Shown here: one piece after another, positions 21,747-32,655 of the stretch
How positions within the stretch are numbered: the stretch's first letter is position 1
How the letters are laid out: each line of letters opens with the position of its first letter
DNA from: Obrimoposthia wandeli
Lineage: Eukaryota
Assembly (NCBI GenBank): GCA_977020255.1
Contig: CDROCS010002866.1
Span: forward strand, 124,001-188,000
Reading direction: 5' to 3'
DNA: 64,000 bases
Position numbers and translations under genes: made by a program
The notes under the pieces: generated by a model
What the model saw: only the letters and a program-made list of their open reading frames with translations
What the model was told of the DNA's origin: nothing
The model's database searches: none

Positions 21747-22763
21747 ATGGCTAAAATGAATATGATACAAGCGCTTAACTCAGCCATGGACAGCTGCATG
21801 GAACTCGACCAAAACGTACTCGTGATGGGGGAAGACGTAGGTTATTTTGGGGGGGTGTTTCGCTGTACTGACGGCCTATATAAAAAGTACGGCGCACATC
21901 GTGCTTTAGATATGCCCATTGCTGAAGGCGGCATTATGGGCGTCGCGATAGGCATGGGCGTAAATGGTTTACGCCCTATCGTTGAAATACAGTTTTCTGA
22001 TTACATTTATCCTGCGGTTGATCAAATTGTCTCTGAACTCGCAAGGCTTCGCCATCGCAGTGGCGGCGAATATTTTGCACCTATCGTAATTCGCACTCCG
22101 TGCGGCGGAGGTATTCGCGGTGGGCAAACGCACTCTCAAAGCCCTGAAGCTTTTTTTACCCATGCCTGCGGCTTAAAAACCGTTATGCCCTCTAACCCTT
22201 ACGACGCAAAAGGATTATTAACCGCTGCGATTGAATCTAATGATCCTGTTATCTTTTTCGAACCTAAACGTATTTACAACGGCCCTTTTGATGGTAATCA
22301 TCAACAAGCGGCTAGCGCTTGGAACACTCACCCATTAGGTGAAGTCCCAGAAGAACATTACAGCATAGAAATTGGTAAAGCTTCAGTGCTACAAAGCGGT
22401 GATGATGTCACTGTTATTACCTACGGGAATATGGTGCATGTTGCACAAGGTGCTATCAATAATAGCGACATTAACGCCGAGCTGATAGATATTCGCACTT
22501 TAGTACCACTAGATATCGAAACTATTAAAGCATCTGTTAAAAAAACAGGTCGCTGCGTTATTGTGCATGAAGCAACGCTAACCAGTGGTTTTGGAGCAGA
22601 AATTCTCTCACAAGTGCAAGAACAATGTTTTTGGCACTTAAAAGCGCCGATTGAACGAGTCACTGGTTGGGATACACCTTACCCTCATGCCTTTGAATGG
22701 CAATATTTCCCTAGCCAAGAACGCATCACTGGTGCTATGACACGTACTTTGGAGAGCAACTAA
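21747..22763 (+). CDS. bkdA2: Branched-chain alpha-keto acid dehydrogenase E1 beta
   Basis: GEDVGYFGGVFR, GGQTHSQSPE and FFEPKRIYNGPFDG. Confidence 0.95.
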   Translation: MAKMNMIQALNSAMDSCMELDQNVLVMGEDVGYFGGVFRCTDGLYKKYGAHRALDMPIAEGGIMGVAIGMGVNGLRPIVEIQFSDYIYPAVDQIVSELARLRHRSGGEYFAPIVIRTPCGGGIRGGQTHSQSPEAFFTHACGLKTVMPSNPYDAKGLLTAAIESNDPVIFFEPKRIYNGPFDGNHQQAASAWNTHPLGEVPEEHYSIEIGKASVLQSGDDVTVITYGNMVHVAQGAINNSDINAELIDIRTLVPLDIETIKASVKKTGRCVIVHEATLTSGFGAEILSQVQEQCFWHLKAPIERVTGWDTPYPHAFEWQYFPSQERITGAMTRTLESN

Positions 22764-24043
22764 TGAGCCATTTTAGTTTTAAACTACCCGATTTGGGCGA
22801 AGGTATTGTTGTTTCTGAAATTGTGCAATGGCACGTAAAAGTAGGCGATAAAGTAGCAGAAGATCAGCATATTGTTGATGTCATGACGGATAAAGCAGTG
22901 GTTGAAGTCACCTCTCCTGTCAGCGGCATTGTTGAGAAGCTTGCTTGTGATGAAGGCATTGAGATTCCAGTGGGCAGCGAGCTTATCCTCTTTACAACAC
23001 AGGAGTCACAACGGCCAGACGCTTGCGACAACACTCCCTTAAATGCTACACCTCAGATCCCTGCAGCCACCTGCGATGCAGCTCTGACACTCGCTCAAAC
23101 ACCCGCGAATTTAAAACCAGATCAAGCGCTTAAAACAATACTTAACTCGCTAATACTCACCTCCCCTTCTGTTAGAAAACACGCTAGAGAAAAGAATATT
23201 GATTTAGCCCTAGTCACCGGTAGTGGCCATGGTGGACGCATAAACAACAGCGACCTTACTAATTTCACGGATAATGGCGCACAGCAAGTCAGCTTAACGA
23301 CACCACATGAGAGCACTGCAAACACACATACCCCTCATGACAACAATAACGGCAGCACGACGATCAAAATAAAAGGTTTACGTAAAGTTATAGCCCAGCG
23401 CATGCAGCAAACCAAGCGTAACGTGCCACACTATTCATACATTGAAGAAATAGATTTGAGTGCTTTAGAAGCACTGCGTAAACACCTCAATACACAACGC
23501 AATGATACACAAAGTAAATTAACGATTTTGCCGTTCATCATGCAAGCTTTGGTTAAAGTATTAGTCGATTTTCCGCACTGCAATGCTAATTATAACGATC
23601 AAGATGAAATTTTAACCCAATTCAACGCAGTGCATATTGGTATTGCCACCATGACAGATCAAGGGCTAATGGTGCCTGTCATTAAAAACAGTGATAGTTT
23701 GGACCTTTGGCAAAGCGCTGCACAATTATCACAGCTCACAGCTCTGACCCGAGCAGGTAAAGCAAACTCTGCGCAACTAAGTGGCTCAACCATTACCATC
23801 ACCAGCTTAGGTGCCATTGGCGGTATAGCAACAACTCCAATCATCAATGCACCTGAAACGACCATTATCGGCATCAACAAAATGCAGCAGCGTCCAATGG
23901 TAATCAATGGCCAAATAGAAATTCGCACCATGATGAATTTATCTGCATCTTTTGATCACAGAATAGTGGATGGATACGATGGTGCTTTACTCATACAAGC
24001 ATTGAAGAAATTACTAGAAAACCCCGGTGCTATTTTCGTATAG
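22763..24043 (+). CDS. bkdB: Dihydrolipoyl acyltransferase E2 of BCKDH
   Basis: Lipoyl MTDKA, PSBD TSPSVRK...GSGHGGRI and catalytic DHRIVDG. Confidence 0.95.
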   Translation: MSHFSFKLPDLGEGIVVSEIVQWHVKVGDKVAEDQHIVDVMTDKAVVEVTSPVSGIVEKLACDEGIEIPVGSELILFTTQESQRPDACDNTPLNATPQIPAATCDAALTLAQTPANLKPDQALKTILNSLILTSPSVRKHAREKNIDLALVTGSGHGGRINNSDLTNFTDNGAQQVSLTTPHESTANTHTPHDNNNGSTTIKIKGLRKVIAQRMQQTKRNVPHYSYIEEIDLSALEALRKHLNTQRNDTQSKLTILPFIMQALVKVLVDFPHCNANYNDQDEILTQFNAVHIGIATMTDQGLMVPVIKNSDSLDLWQSAAQLSQLTALTRAGKANSAQLSGSTITITSLGAIGGIATTPIINAPETTIIGINKMQQRPMVINGQIEIRTMMNLSASFDHRIVDGYDGALLIQALKKLLENPGAIFV

Positions 24044-24065
24044 CAAGAAGTTTAAATCACAGGCC

Positions 24066-24101
24066 TCACTAAAATAGCATTTAACGAAGCTATTTTAGTG
24101 A
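24066..24101. terminator. Hairpin between convergent bkdB and cyclophilin genes
   Basis: 13-bp perfect arms tcactaaaatagc / gctattttagtga. Confidence 0.7.
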
Positions 24102-24157
24102 GTGGTATAAATTGCGGCTTACTATAAGCAAGCAGAAAAATAGACAGCTAAGCTGTA

Positions 24158-24850
24158 CTATCTTACTTCAATGGCCGCCTTCAGGATGGAGAGCTTCTTA
24201 GACGTTTTACCTGATTTACTGCCAAAACTTTCTAATGCTTTAACAACATTCATACCTTTGGTTACCTCTCCAAAGATAGTGTGCTTGCCATCTAACCAAT
24301 TGGTTGGAATAAAAGTAAGAAAAAACTGACTTCCATCAGTACCAGGACCTGCATTCGCCATGCTTAACAAACCAGGTTTATTATGCTTGACAGCAGAGCT
24401 AAACTCACCATCGTACGTATAACCAGGACCTGAACGCCCAGTGCCTGTAGGATCCCCACCTTGTGCCATAAATCCTTGGATTACTCGATGAAACACAACA
24501 TTATCGTAGAAACCTAAGCGCGTTAAATAAAGCGTACTAGAAACATGCATTGGCGCTGTTTCTGGCAGCAGTTTTATTTCAATATCGCCTTCTGTCGTCT
24601 TTAGTTTCCAGATGTACTGCTTACCTTGTGTAAACTGTTGCAAAGGCGGCTTATTGAGCTGCAATTTCCAATTACTATTACTCGTATCTACTTGTTCAGC
24701 GGCGATAAACTTATCAATATTTTGCAACGCAATACTTTCGCTTGCTGCAAACGCGCTACTTACACTTAAAGCTGAACTTAAAAACACCACACTCGCAAGC
24801 GTTTTTTTAAAGCCACACACTTGCTTGCTTATTACTTTCTTGATTGACAT
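24158..24850 (-). CDS. Cyclophilin-type peptidyl-prolyl isomerase with signal peptide
   Basis: [33 protein letters not shown] and [10 protein letters not shown]; N-terminal AFA signal. Confidence 0.93.
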   Translation of the reverse strand: MSIKKVISKQVCGFKKTLASVVFLSSALSVSSAFAASESIALQNIDKFIAAEQVDTSNSNWKLQLNKPPLQQFTQGKQYIWKLKTTEGDIEIKLLPETAPMHVSSTLYLTRLGFYDNVVFHRVIQGFMAQGGDPTGTGRSGPGYTYDGEFSSAVKHNKPGLLSMANAGPGTDGSQFFLTFIPTNWLDGKHTIFGEVTKGMNVVKALESFGSKSGKTSKKLSILKAAIEVR

Positions 24851-25095
24851 AAAAAGATACCTTGAACAATTACAATATTGAATTTAATTAAATTTTTAAA
24901 ACCACAACTAAATTAATTGTAACGATAATTGCGTGCAGATGTTAGCAAGAGACACAGAAAAAGATGACTATTGAGATAATCGATGAGAATAGGCTTACAA
25001 ATTTACTAGAAAAAACCGATGACTAGAGATCACCAATACACACCTGCTCTATAAGCTGTTCTGGTATGTATTAGCGAAAAATTAAAACAAGCGCT

Positions 25096-25761
25096 TTACG
25101 CTACCTGATCCAAGCTGTCTTCTCGTGTTAAATAAACAAGCTTAGACGCTAAGCATTTTAACAAAATTCCGTATAACGGCAAAAAGAAAGCTAAACTAAT
25201 GACTAGCTTAAACGCGTAATCAACCCAAGCTATCTCCATCCAATTTGCCGCCATAAATGGATCGACGCTGGCGTAAAAAGCGACAGCAAAAAATAGCATT
25301 GTATCGATTAAATTACCTACCACCGTTGAAACAGCAGGTGCTATCCACCAGTTTTTCACCGTACGCAATTTATTAAAAACACTGATATCTAAAAACTGAC
25401 CAAACAGGTATGCAATAAAGCTCGCAAAGGCTATACGTGCCACAAAAGTATTGAATTCATTAAACCCTTGCATGCCTATATAATCGCCTTTCACAACGAC
25501 AACTGAAACAACATAGGAGACAAGAAGCGCTGGCAACATAACTTTAAGCACTATTTTTCTGGCCATAGACGAGCCAAATAATCGAACTGTTAAATCTGTT
25601 GCTAAAAACACAAACGGAAAACTAAAAGCGCCCCACGTAGTGTGAAAACCAAATAACTCGAAGGGCAATTGCACCAGATAATTACTCGTTGCAATAATAG
25701 CAATGTGAAATGCGCCAACAATTAACATCAAACGTTTTGTTTGAATGGATGATATATTCAT
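25096..25761 (-). CDS. yhhQ: Queuosine precursor (preQ0/preQ1) transporter
   Basis: SNYLVQLP, TWGAFSFPF.FLATDLTVR and RIAFASF.AY..GQ.LDI; upstream preQ1 riboswitch. Confidence 0.95.
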   Translation of the reverse strand: MNISSIQTKRLMLIVGAFHIAIIATSNYLVQLPFELFGFHTTWGAFSFPFVFLATDLTVRLFGSSMARKIVLKVMLPALLVSYVVSVVVVKGDYIGMQGFNEFNTFVARIAFASFIAYLFGQFLDISVFNKLRTVKNWWIAPAVSTVVGNLIDTMLFFAVAFYASVDPFMAANWMEIAWVDYAFKLVISLAFFLPLYGILLKCLASKLVYLTREDSLDQVA

Positions 25762-25767
25762 ATGATA

Positions 25768-25801
25768 ACCTTTTTATCGATGGGGGTGAGGGAACCCATA
25801 T
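25768..25801 (-). ncRNA. preQ1-I riboswitch, type III
   Basis: Minus strand AUAUGGGUUCCCUCACCCCCAUCGAUAAAAAGGU ends in the SD just upstream of the yhhQ ATG. This matches the type III preQ1-I pattern of E. coli yhhQ as I recall it. Confidence 0.9.
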
Positions 25802-25839
25802 TTATTGATTAAAGTTTCTTCACTCTAATTCGGAGCGAA

Positions 25840-25867
25840 ATAATACACTGTTATTAGATATATTCAA
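25840..25867 (-). promoter_or_regulatory. Candidate sigma70 promoter of yhhQ
   Basis: Minus strand reads TTGAAT-16 bp-TATTAT. Confidence 0.4.
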
Positions 25868-25973
25868 GAATTAGTACCGCTTAATTGGCAAGTCACCCAG
25901 TATCGAAAATTAAAGTACCAACTAAAAGTGAGAAAATTTAAAGCTGTTTGTTTATTGAGTTGTAAAGTTGCAT

Positions 25974-27256
25974 CACTAGTGTCCGGTTAAGTATTTTAAT
26001 AAATCATATTGCCTATGTTCCACGCTTTTTTTGTCTAATTTTAGCCGTTCAGAGCAGGGATTTAGAAGCTCCATTATGTCTCTACGTTCCATCAAATTTG
26101 CACCGATTATTAGACAGATCTGATAGAGTGTTTGCTTACTTAAATGGGTTAACTGCGTCAGCTTTAAAAGCAGGTAAGAGATGAGTGCTACCAAGACCTG
26201 AATCATCACCCCGTTTCTATTTTGGCTGATAAAGCGCTTTATCTTGAGGTTCTGTTTGATCCATTTAAAGAACAGCTCTATTTCCCAACGCTGTTTATAT
26301 AATGCAGCGATCTCAACCGCTGAACGCGATAAATCATTGGTGATAAATACGAACTCTTTTTGATCTTCTTCTCGAACGAAGCTGACACGGCGTAAATCAA
26401 TTGGGCAATCCTTCTTTCCTTTGGCACTGCTTAGGCGGATAATTTCATCTGCAACGACCCCCATACCAATAGAAGCCCTTGTTTTCACCACTTTATAACA
26501 AGTGTTTGTCTTCATTCGACCGACAAACCTAGAGTTATCCTGATCCAGAGAATAAAACCAGCTGTAATTATTATATGCTCGATCAACAACATAGGTCGTA
26601 TTTGACATCATCGGTAAATTATTCAATTCTTTAGCATCGTTAGTTTTGGCTTCAGTTAAAGAAAAGTATACAGGGACTGCTGCAGTAGGGTCATACACGG
26701 TATGCAGCTTTATCCCGGCCTTCTTTGAACGAAACGTTGCCCACTTAAACTGATTAAGATTCAAATCAATCGTGGTCGAGTCAATCAACCTTATCATCTG
26801 GCTAGTATCAACTTGAGGAAGTTTTGAACGCACTTTATTGAGCAAATAATAGAACGTTTCACTGAAAATTTCAGTTGGCCGGTTACCGTTAGCATCCGAT
26901 AAAGATGAGCGACTGATATGTCTGCTACCTAAATGATAAAGCTTGGATCTTTGGCTGTTAAAGGTCGTTTCAATTGCTCTTAATGAAGTCTGGCTATTAA
27001 GCTGCGCAAAGAGCAGAACAACCAATTGATCCCAGCATGAAAGAGTGCGCGTCCGGTAATCGCCGTTATGTCGATCAACCACTTTTTGAAAAGTATGACG
27101 GGGAATAAATTTTAAAAGTTGATTGAAAATGCTGTTAGAATGTTTCACGCTTAACCTCAGGTTTGGAAAATAGCTGTCTAGTTAACACTATTTTACTGTA
27201 ATCCCCGTGGTTAAAGCTCTATAGCTTCACATCTTTTTTTAAGCCGGACACTAGTG
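25974..27256 (-). mobile_element. Complete IS4-family insertion sequence, 1283 bp
   Basis: Terminal IRs cactagtgtccgg / ccggacactagtg; identical 9-bp flanks aagttgcat at 25965-25973 and 27257-27265. Confidence 0.95.
25976..27148 (-). CDS. IS4-family DDE transposase
   Basis: IDSTT (D), VDRAY (D) and Y-KQ-R-WEI-E-LFFKWI-K (YREK motif). The stop codon lies inside the IR. Confidence 0.95.
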   Translation of the reverse strand: MKHSNSIFNQLLKFIPRHTFQKVVDRHNGDYRTRTLSCWDQLVVLLFAQLNSQTSLRAIETTFNSQRSKLYHLGSRHISRSSLSDANGNRPTEIFSETFYYLLNKVRSKLPQVDTSQMIRLIDSTTIDLNLNQFKWATFRSKKAGIKLHTVYDPTAAVPVYFSLTEAKTNDAKELNNLPMMSNTTYVVDRAYNNYSWFYSLDQDNSRFVGRMKTNTCYKVVKTRASIGMGVVADEIIRLSSAKGKKDCPIDLRRVSFVREEDQKEFVFITNDLSRSAVEIAALYKQRWEIELFFKWIKQNLKIKRFISQNRNGVMIQVLVALISYLLLKLTQLTHLSKQTLYQICLIIGANLMERRDIMELLNPCSERLKLDKKSVEHRQYDLLKYLTGH

Positions 27257-28199
27257 AAGTTGCATACTAAAATACTGTGATTTCACAAGATAACTACGTG
27301 TTAGCGGTAGCAGCTAACGGCCAAATTCAGTAATTATCCTTGAAGTATTAAAGCGTAAGCAGCAACCACGGGCTTCACCCATTTAGTCTTGGAATTATAT
27401 AAAATAGTATTCTATTTCATCGGTTCGTTGCAATGAGAGAGGACTGCGTGCTGAATCTCGTAAACACCAAAACTGGCTCGACAATTAACTAGTTAGAGTA
27501 AATAATGTATGAAAATCGGCTTAGAAAATTGCATGATCATATGGAATAAGAAAGTATAGGGTAACTTGAACAAGATGGTATTGTTTTAAATCCCCATAGT
27601 TCTAAACATAGAACAAGTTTCAAAATAACTTCCCGCGGTTTCAGCCCTTGAGGCCTATAAGACCTCTGCTTCTAGCTATGCAGTTATAGTTTATTCTGTG
27701 GCGGCAGATATCTTATAACCCTAAACAAAAGCGGAAGTTTTTAATCATTAAAGTAAAAGAGATTGTGTAGTATTAAAAATACAACTCACCTAGCTCCATT
27801 ATTTCAAGCAGTAGTTTCGTTTAAAGGCTTTCACTGCCGCTATACGTTTGTGATTACTAAGGGCTACATGAGTTCTCAAGTGCCATCTAGATTTACAGAT
27901 TAAATTTGTACTAATATAATAAGTACATCCAAAGAAATCAGAAAATGGATGGTTAATTCGTTTATAATTGTAGAGCCATCATTACTAAAGATATCACAAC
28001 TTCCTTGACCTAGTTTCTGATACATTTCCAGTTGATCATCTACACTGCTTCTTATTGGATACAGTTTTAGTAGCGCTTGCTCTTCTCCTATGGTTATGTC
28101 GTAAAGTTCACGAACATGCGAATAAATCTTCTATACCGACTTACATATTGCGTTAAATGGCGAGCTTATCCGCAAATTATCTACTTATTCATACCTTCC

Positions 28200-28540
28200 C
28201 TAGTAACTAGGTAAACCTTGCGACACAACCCCAATAAGACCTAAAATTCCAATAGGCAATAACAAAGTCCATTGTGGTAACTTTATGAGGGCTTGAAACT
28301 TGAAAAAGAACCAACCCACAATAATAAAAATTAAAGAGAAAACAATAAAGATTATTGAAATTCCAATAATATTTGCTTTGCATAGAGACTTTTTGAATTG
28401 GCTGCGTATAATTTTCTTAAATTAAATCGAGGGTAAATTGAACGGCAACAATGATAGCAATTGCCATAAGTCAAAACTAATCCAACACCAAAAGGAAAAA
28501 TCACATGAGCCAGTATATTTTCACTGTTGACCTTCTTCAT
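28200..28540 (-). pseudogene. Frameshifted small membrane-protein gene
   Basis: Hydrophobic segments continue across frames: MKKVNSENILAHVIFPFGVGLVL / AIAIIVAVQF / ANIIGISIIFIVFSLIFIIVGWFFF...GLPSY*. Confidence 0.5.
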
Positions 28541-29663
28541 CTAAAGACAATGCTTTGGCCTCATGCCCTCTCCTCAACAAGCCAATAGAGTTGCTTTAGG
28601 TATATCAGGAAGATCTGTCGTTTCAGCTCTATTAAACGGCGTGAGAAATGGAAACCAAATGGTTAAAGGTACTTTGTAATAGAATGGATCAATTTGACCA
28701 AATATATGCACTAATTGCTTTAAGTAAATAAAATTGGGGCATATAAAACTTTGTGGCTATAATTCCTGCCGAAAAAATCCAAATGTTCATTGCATTTTAT
28801 TCATTTCCTTTAAAAACTGTGAATGTACTGCTTTTTTTGATCTCTATTTTTTGTGGGTGAAAATCCTGATTTTTACATGCTAGGATTTTTTCTTATCATT
28901 GGCAAATAATTTTCAAAATTCCTAAGATAGCAAAGATTTACCCACTTAAATTCCTTACTATCAAGATTCTGCGGTTTCCTCCGCACATCCTTTGTGACTG
29001 CATATGCCCTTTAAAGCCCGGTTGCAGAAATCACATGCAACTCCCAATATGATTTTGACATGACTGAGCAAGCCTTCGCTATAAGTACCTTTCATTCAAA
29101 GAGAATAGTTACTAATTGTCCCTCTCTCATACCTCCCCCTAATTTACCAATAATGAATTCCAAAAAGCAGAGTCAAGCAGGCTGAGAAGCACTTTCGCTC
29201 ATTGAAAGCTAACTCGTTGAACCAAAATGGTTAAAGGTACATTGGGAATAAACTACTTTTAGTATAAAACCTCCTGGTTTACTTGTTTAATAAAGTGTTG
29301 CCATACCATAACATAAATCCAATTATTTTTAGTATTAAAATGTTTTTGATCCACTGAAACTTTGTGGGTGATCAGGAAGATTATTGCCCCTATAGGGGTA
29401 AATTGAACGTTTTAAACCAACTGGAAAAGAGCAGCATATAGTTGAGACAATATGAGAAAATCTATGTAAAGATTGCATTTGAGAAATGGTCTAATTGAAC
29501 ATCGATCTATCAAAATATAACAATGTGAACAATCTCTATCAAAAATTTTATGTCTTTACAAAAAGGGTACTGAGCAAGCCCGCTATAAGTAGAGAATAGT
29601 TACTAAATATTTATTGAATTTTTTATTGCAAGTTTTGAGTAAATATTTATTAAGTTTATTTCA

Positions 29664-30863
29664 TTAAAGACATTTTAGGGCAGCTAGCATAGGCAGAAAA
29701 AAAATTGGTGCAGATATCCATTGATACATAGGTTCTAATAACGGTAACAGCACTGACTTAAATTGATCAAACTCCAAATCTTTTTGTAAAATATTTTGAT
29801 CTTTATACACCGCTAAAATCCGCTCAGGCCGTCCCTGAATATCTTGATCTATAAAGGTGTTGAGTAATATTGCTTTATCTCTAGCAAAGTTGTTACCAAA
29901 GGCTTTAATGCAGCCAAAATCTAATATTCCCAATTGATCATTTGGCATGAAGAGATAGTTACCCGGATGCGGATCTGCATGTAGGCATGACAACTCAAAG
30001 GAAGTGTGGAGGAAATTATCAAAAATAAGCTGTCCATAGTTATTGCGTGACGCCTGACTGGGCTTGCAGGCCAACCATTCATCCAGATGTAAACCGGATA
30101 AAAAGCTGGTCGTTAATACCTTCTGGCCGCTGTATTTGGGTAGTACACTGGGTATCACAATTTTTTTGTCTATAAGGTTCTGTTTAAACCAGTGAGTATT
30201 TTTTGCCTCTAAATGGTAATCAACTTCTTCTTGTAAACGCTCTTCGATTTCATCTAACGTTTCGCTGATGATTCGGCCGTTAGGCAATAAATTTGATTTC
30301 CCCGCCAGTGTGGTTAAGAGCGATCGCAGCATCTTCATATCACTATTGATAGAGGCTGCGATGCCAGGGTATTGTATTTTAACTGCAACCGTTTGCCCAC
30401 ATTCAGTCACTGCCTTATGTACTTGGCCTAAACTAGCGGCGGCAAAAGCTGTTGCTTCAAATTCTGTGAATATTTCACTGGGACTGGCTTTTAATTCAGT
30501 GATAAATACTTTGTTTACTAGGGCTCTGTTTAAAGGCGCCACTTTATAGCAGCTTTTGGTTAGTTCAAGGCGAATGGCCTCTGGAAGTAAGTCAGCTTCA
30601 GTACTTAACATTTGTGACACTTTCAACGCAGTGCCGCGCAATTGGCTGAGTGCAGAAAATAGTATTTTACCAATTTTCTGTTCATTTTTAAGCTGCTGCT
30701 CTTGCGTCGGCGCTTTACCTGATAGTAAATCTTGGCCTTTTTGCGAAATAAGAGAAGCTCCAATTTTCGCTGCGGCAACGCCTGTAATTGTCGACCTCGC
30801 TAACTTGCCAGTCGATAGTTTGTTATTTGTAGTTGCTGGGTTATTCTCTTGTTTCAGAGTCAT
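29664..30863 (-). pseudogene. ABC1/AarF/UbiB-family kinase, 3'-truncated or frameshifted
   Basis: LRGTALKVSQMLS, FAAASLGQVH, VAVKIQYPG, HADPHPGNY and LDFGC. The frame breaks at a T8 run after WISAP and no normal C-terminus follows. Confidence 0.8.
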
Positions 30864-30926
30864 TAGAATTTTAGCCCGCCTAAACTGTCTTTAGAATTTT
30901 GTAATAATGCCAACAACCCGGACTTA

Positions 30927-31196
30927 TTGGGTACTACTGAGCTAAAAAAACTACTCGAAAGCAATAATAAAATTAAGTTTCTCGAAAATCATTCAATGGA
31001 TATTTCAATCGATCTAGACTGTCTTGAGTTACGTAATTATTTGTTGACGCAATCAAATATTGACGCGGCAATCGACAATGGCTATTCATTAGAGAGTGTG
31101 GAGCGTTGGATTGAAGAAGGGATCAAGCCTTTTTTTAAATCAGATAAAGAGCAATTTATTTATTCATGTGAGTTATCACATGCCCAGTGTATCTGA
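30927..31196 (+). pseudogene. 3' remnant, probably of a class I SAM-dependent methyltransferase
   Basis: 89-codon frame without RBS or ATG. It resembles a methyltransferase C-terminal region (recalled similarity only). Confidence 0.35.
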
Positions 31197-31659
31197 AAAA
31201 ACCGAACAAGGCGGTCTCGGTATGAGGCTTCCTTTGTAAAGGTTGTGGAGCACTTACGGTTCTTCCTATTAGCATTTTCCTTTTGTTAAAAACGGCAGCT
31301 TGTGTCAAGCCCAGTCCTCAAGACCCGAACTGCTATATACTATTCTGTATTTCGTTGTAGCGCTGTCTTCCAAACAGCAATTTATTTTGGGCAAAGCTCA
31401 ATTCAAAGCCGCGTTGGACTGATAAAATAACCTCAAGCCTAGACTAAAAAGATGGGCTCCTAAATTGATTGGTTTTACTCAGACTTCATTCTTCATTTCC
31501 AATATACAGTGACAAATATGGGCCGCCCTTACGCTATGATTGAAAATGTAATTACTGATAGCGAACCTTGATCAGGATAAAGGTACACATTCGAAAAGAA
31601 TGGTAATTTGGTCCTAAGCTGCCACTAAACATGAGGGCGAGTCGTAACATAGGAGTATA

Positions 31660-31815
31660 CAAGATCATGTTGGTTTCTACATTTGTAGGGAACTGTGTGA
31701 CTCAGAAAAAGATGGCGGTTCTATTGTTGTACTTTTAGGTTTTTATGAACGGCTTGGTTTCACCAGTGATGAAAAACATGCTATGACTATGAGGAAAGTC
31801 TCACCAAGGAGTTAA
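31660..31815 (+). pseudogene. 3' remnant of a GNAT acetyltransferase
   Basis: Frame QDHVGFYICRELC...GFYERLGFTSDEKHAMTMRKVSPRS* carries the GNAT motif B (GFYERLGF). Confidence 0.55.
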
Positions 31816-32169
31816 TCAAAAAAAGACCACTATATAATCTTCTATCGAAAGGAATATTTCATTATTTTAATGGACAAACACTCATGCGTGCTAGTTAGGA
31901 AGATTAGGATAGCGACTTAGGAAAGATTAGGACACTTTTGTAATAATAGGAGTCTAGTTTTCAAAGGGTTATCTGCGGGGAAACACTATTTTCTTAAAAA
32001 TATGAATAAAAATATATAATGAAATATTCATTATTTTTACAAACACTCATGCGTGCTTAGTTGGAGTTATAATGGGTAGGACAATAAGTTACCAGGCACT
32101 TCTAATTATCACTTTCGCGTCTAAACAAACAAGTACAGTATTAACATGTTAGTTTCTTTGGGAGGTTTC

Positions 32170-32655
32170 GTGCTCATTCAAGCATTAAAATACAAGAGGT
32201 GGGCTGACGAACGCACATTACGAGCTATAGAAAACATCGACAGGGATATTTTCCCAGATTCATATGCATTTGTACTTCAACAGCTTAATCATATGGCTAT
32301 TGTAGAAGAGTTGTTTAATAGCCGATTAACGGACAACCTCGCCCCACATAGAAGCACCAATACTGAGGTAGTTCCGGAGTTTGATGAACTAGATAGAAGA
32401 ATAACAACTTCATGTGATTGGTATATAAGCTATGCTTGTAAACTCGAAAATGAAGAGAAACAAATATCGTTTACTTTCGCTGATGGTAAGCGTGGAATGA
32501 TGACCGTACAAGAAATACTGTTTCACATTGTAAATCATGGGTCTTACCACAGAGGTAATATTGCCAGCGCGTTAGATCTAGCATTGGTTCCCCATCCCGT
32601 CGATGGATACGGAATCTATATACATGAAGAAGAGCCCTGGCGCAGAGAAACCTAA
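32170..32655 (+). CDS. DinB/YfiT-family protein
   Basis: YKRWAD, LNHM, EILFHIVNHGSYHRGNI His motif; GTG start after GGAGG. Confidence 0.88.
   Translation: MLIQALKYKRWADERTLRAIENIDRDIFPDSYAFVLQQLNHMAIVEELFNSRLTDNLAPHRSTNTEVVPEFDELDRRITTSCDWYISYACKLENEEKQISFTFADGKRGMMTVQEILFHIVNHGSYHRGNIASALDLALVPHPVDGYGIYIHEEEPWRRET

Noticed and set aside
27296-27320. gttagc-ggtagca-gctaac inverted repeat resembling abutting attC cores
   Set aside because: Too short to distinguish from chance.
27505-27560. Fragment MYENRLRKLHDHME*ESIG resembling an aminopeptidase-P/creatinase N-terminus
   Set aside because: Under 20 codons with stops, so it cannot support a call.
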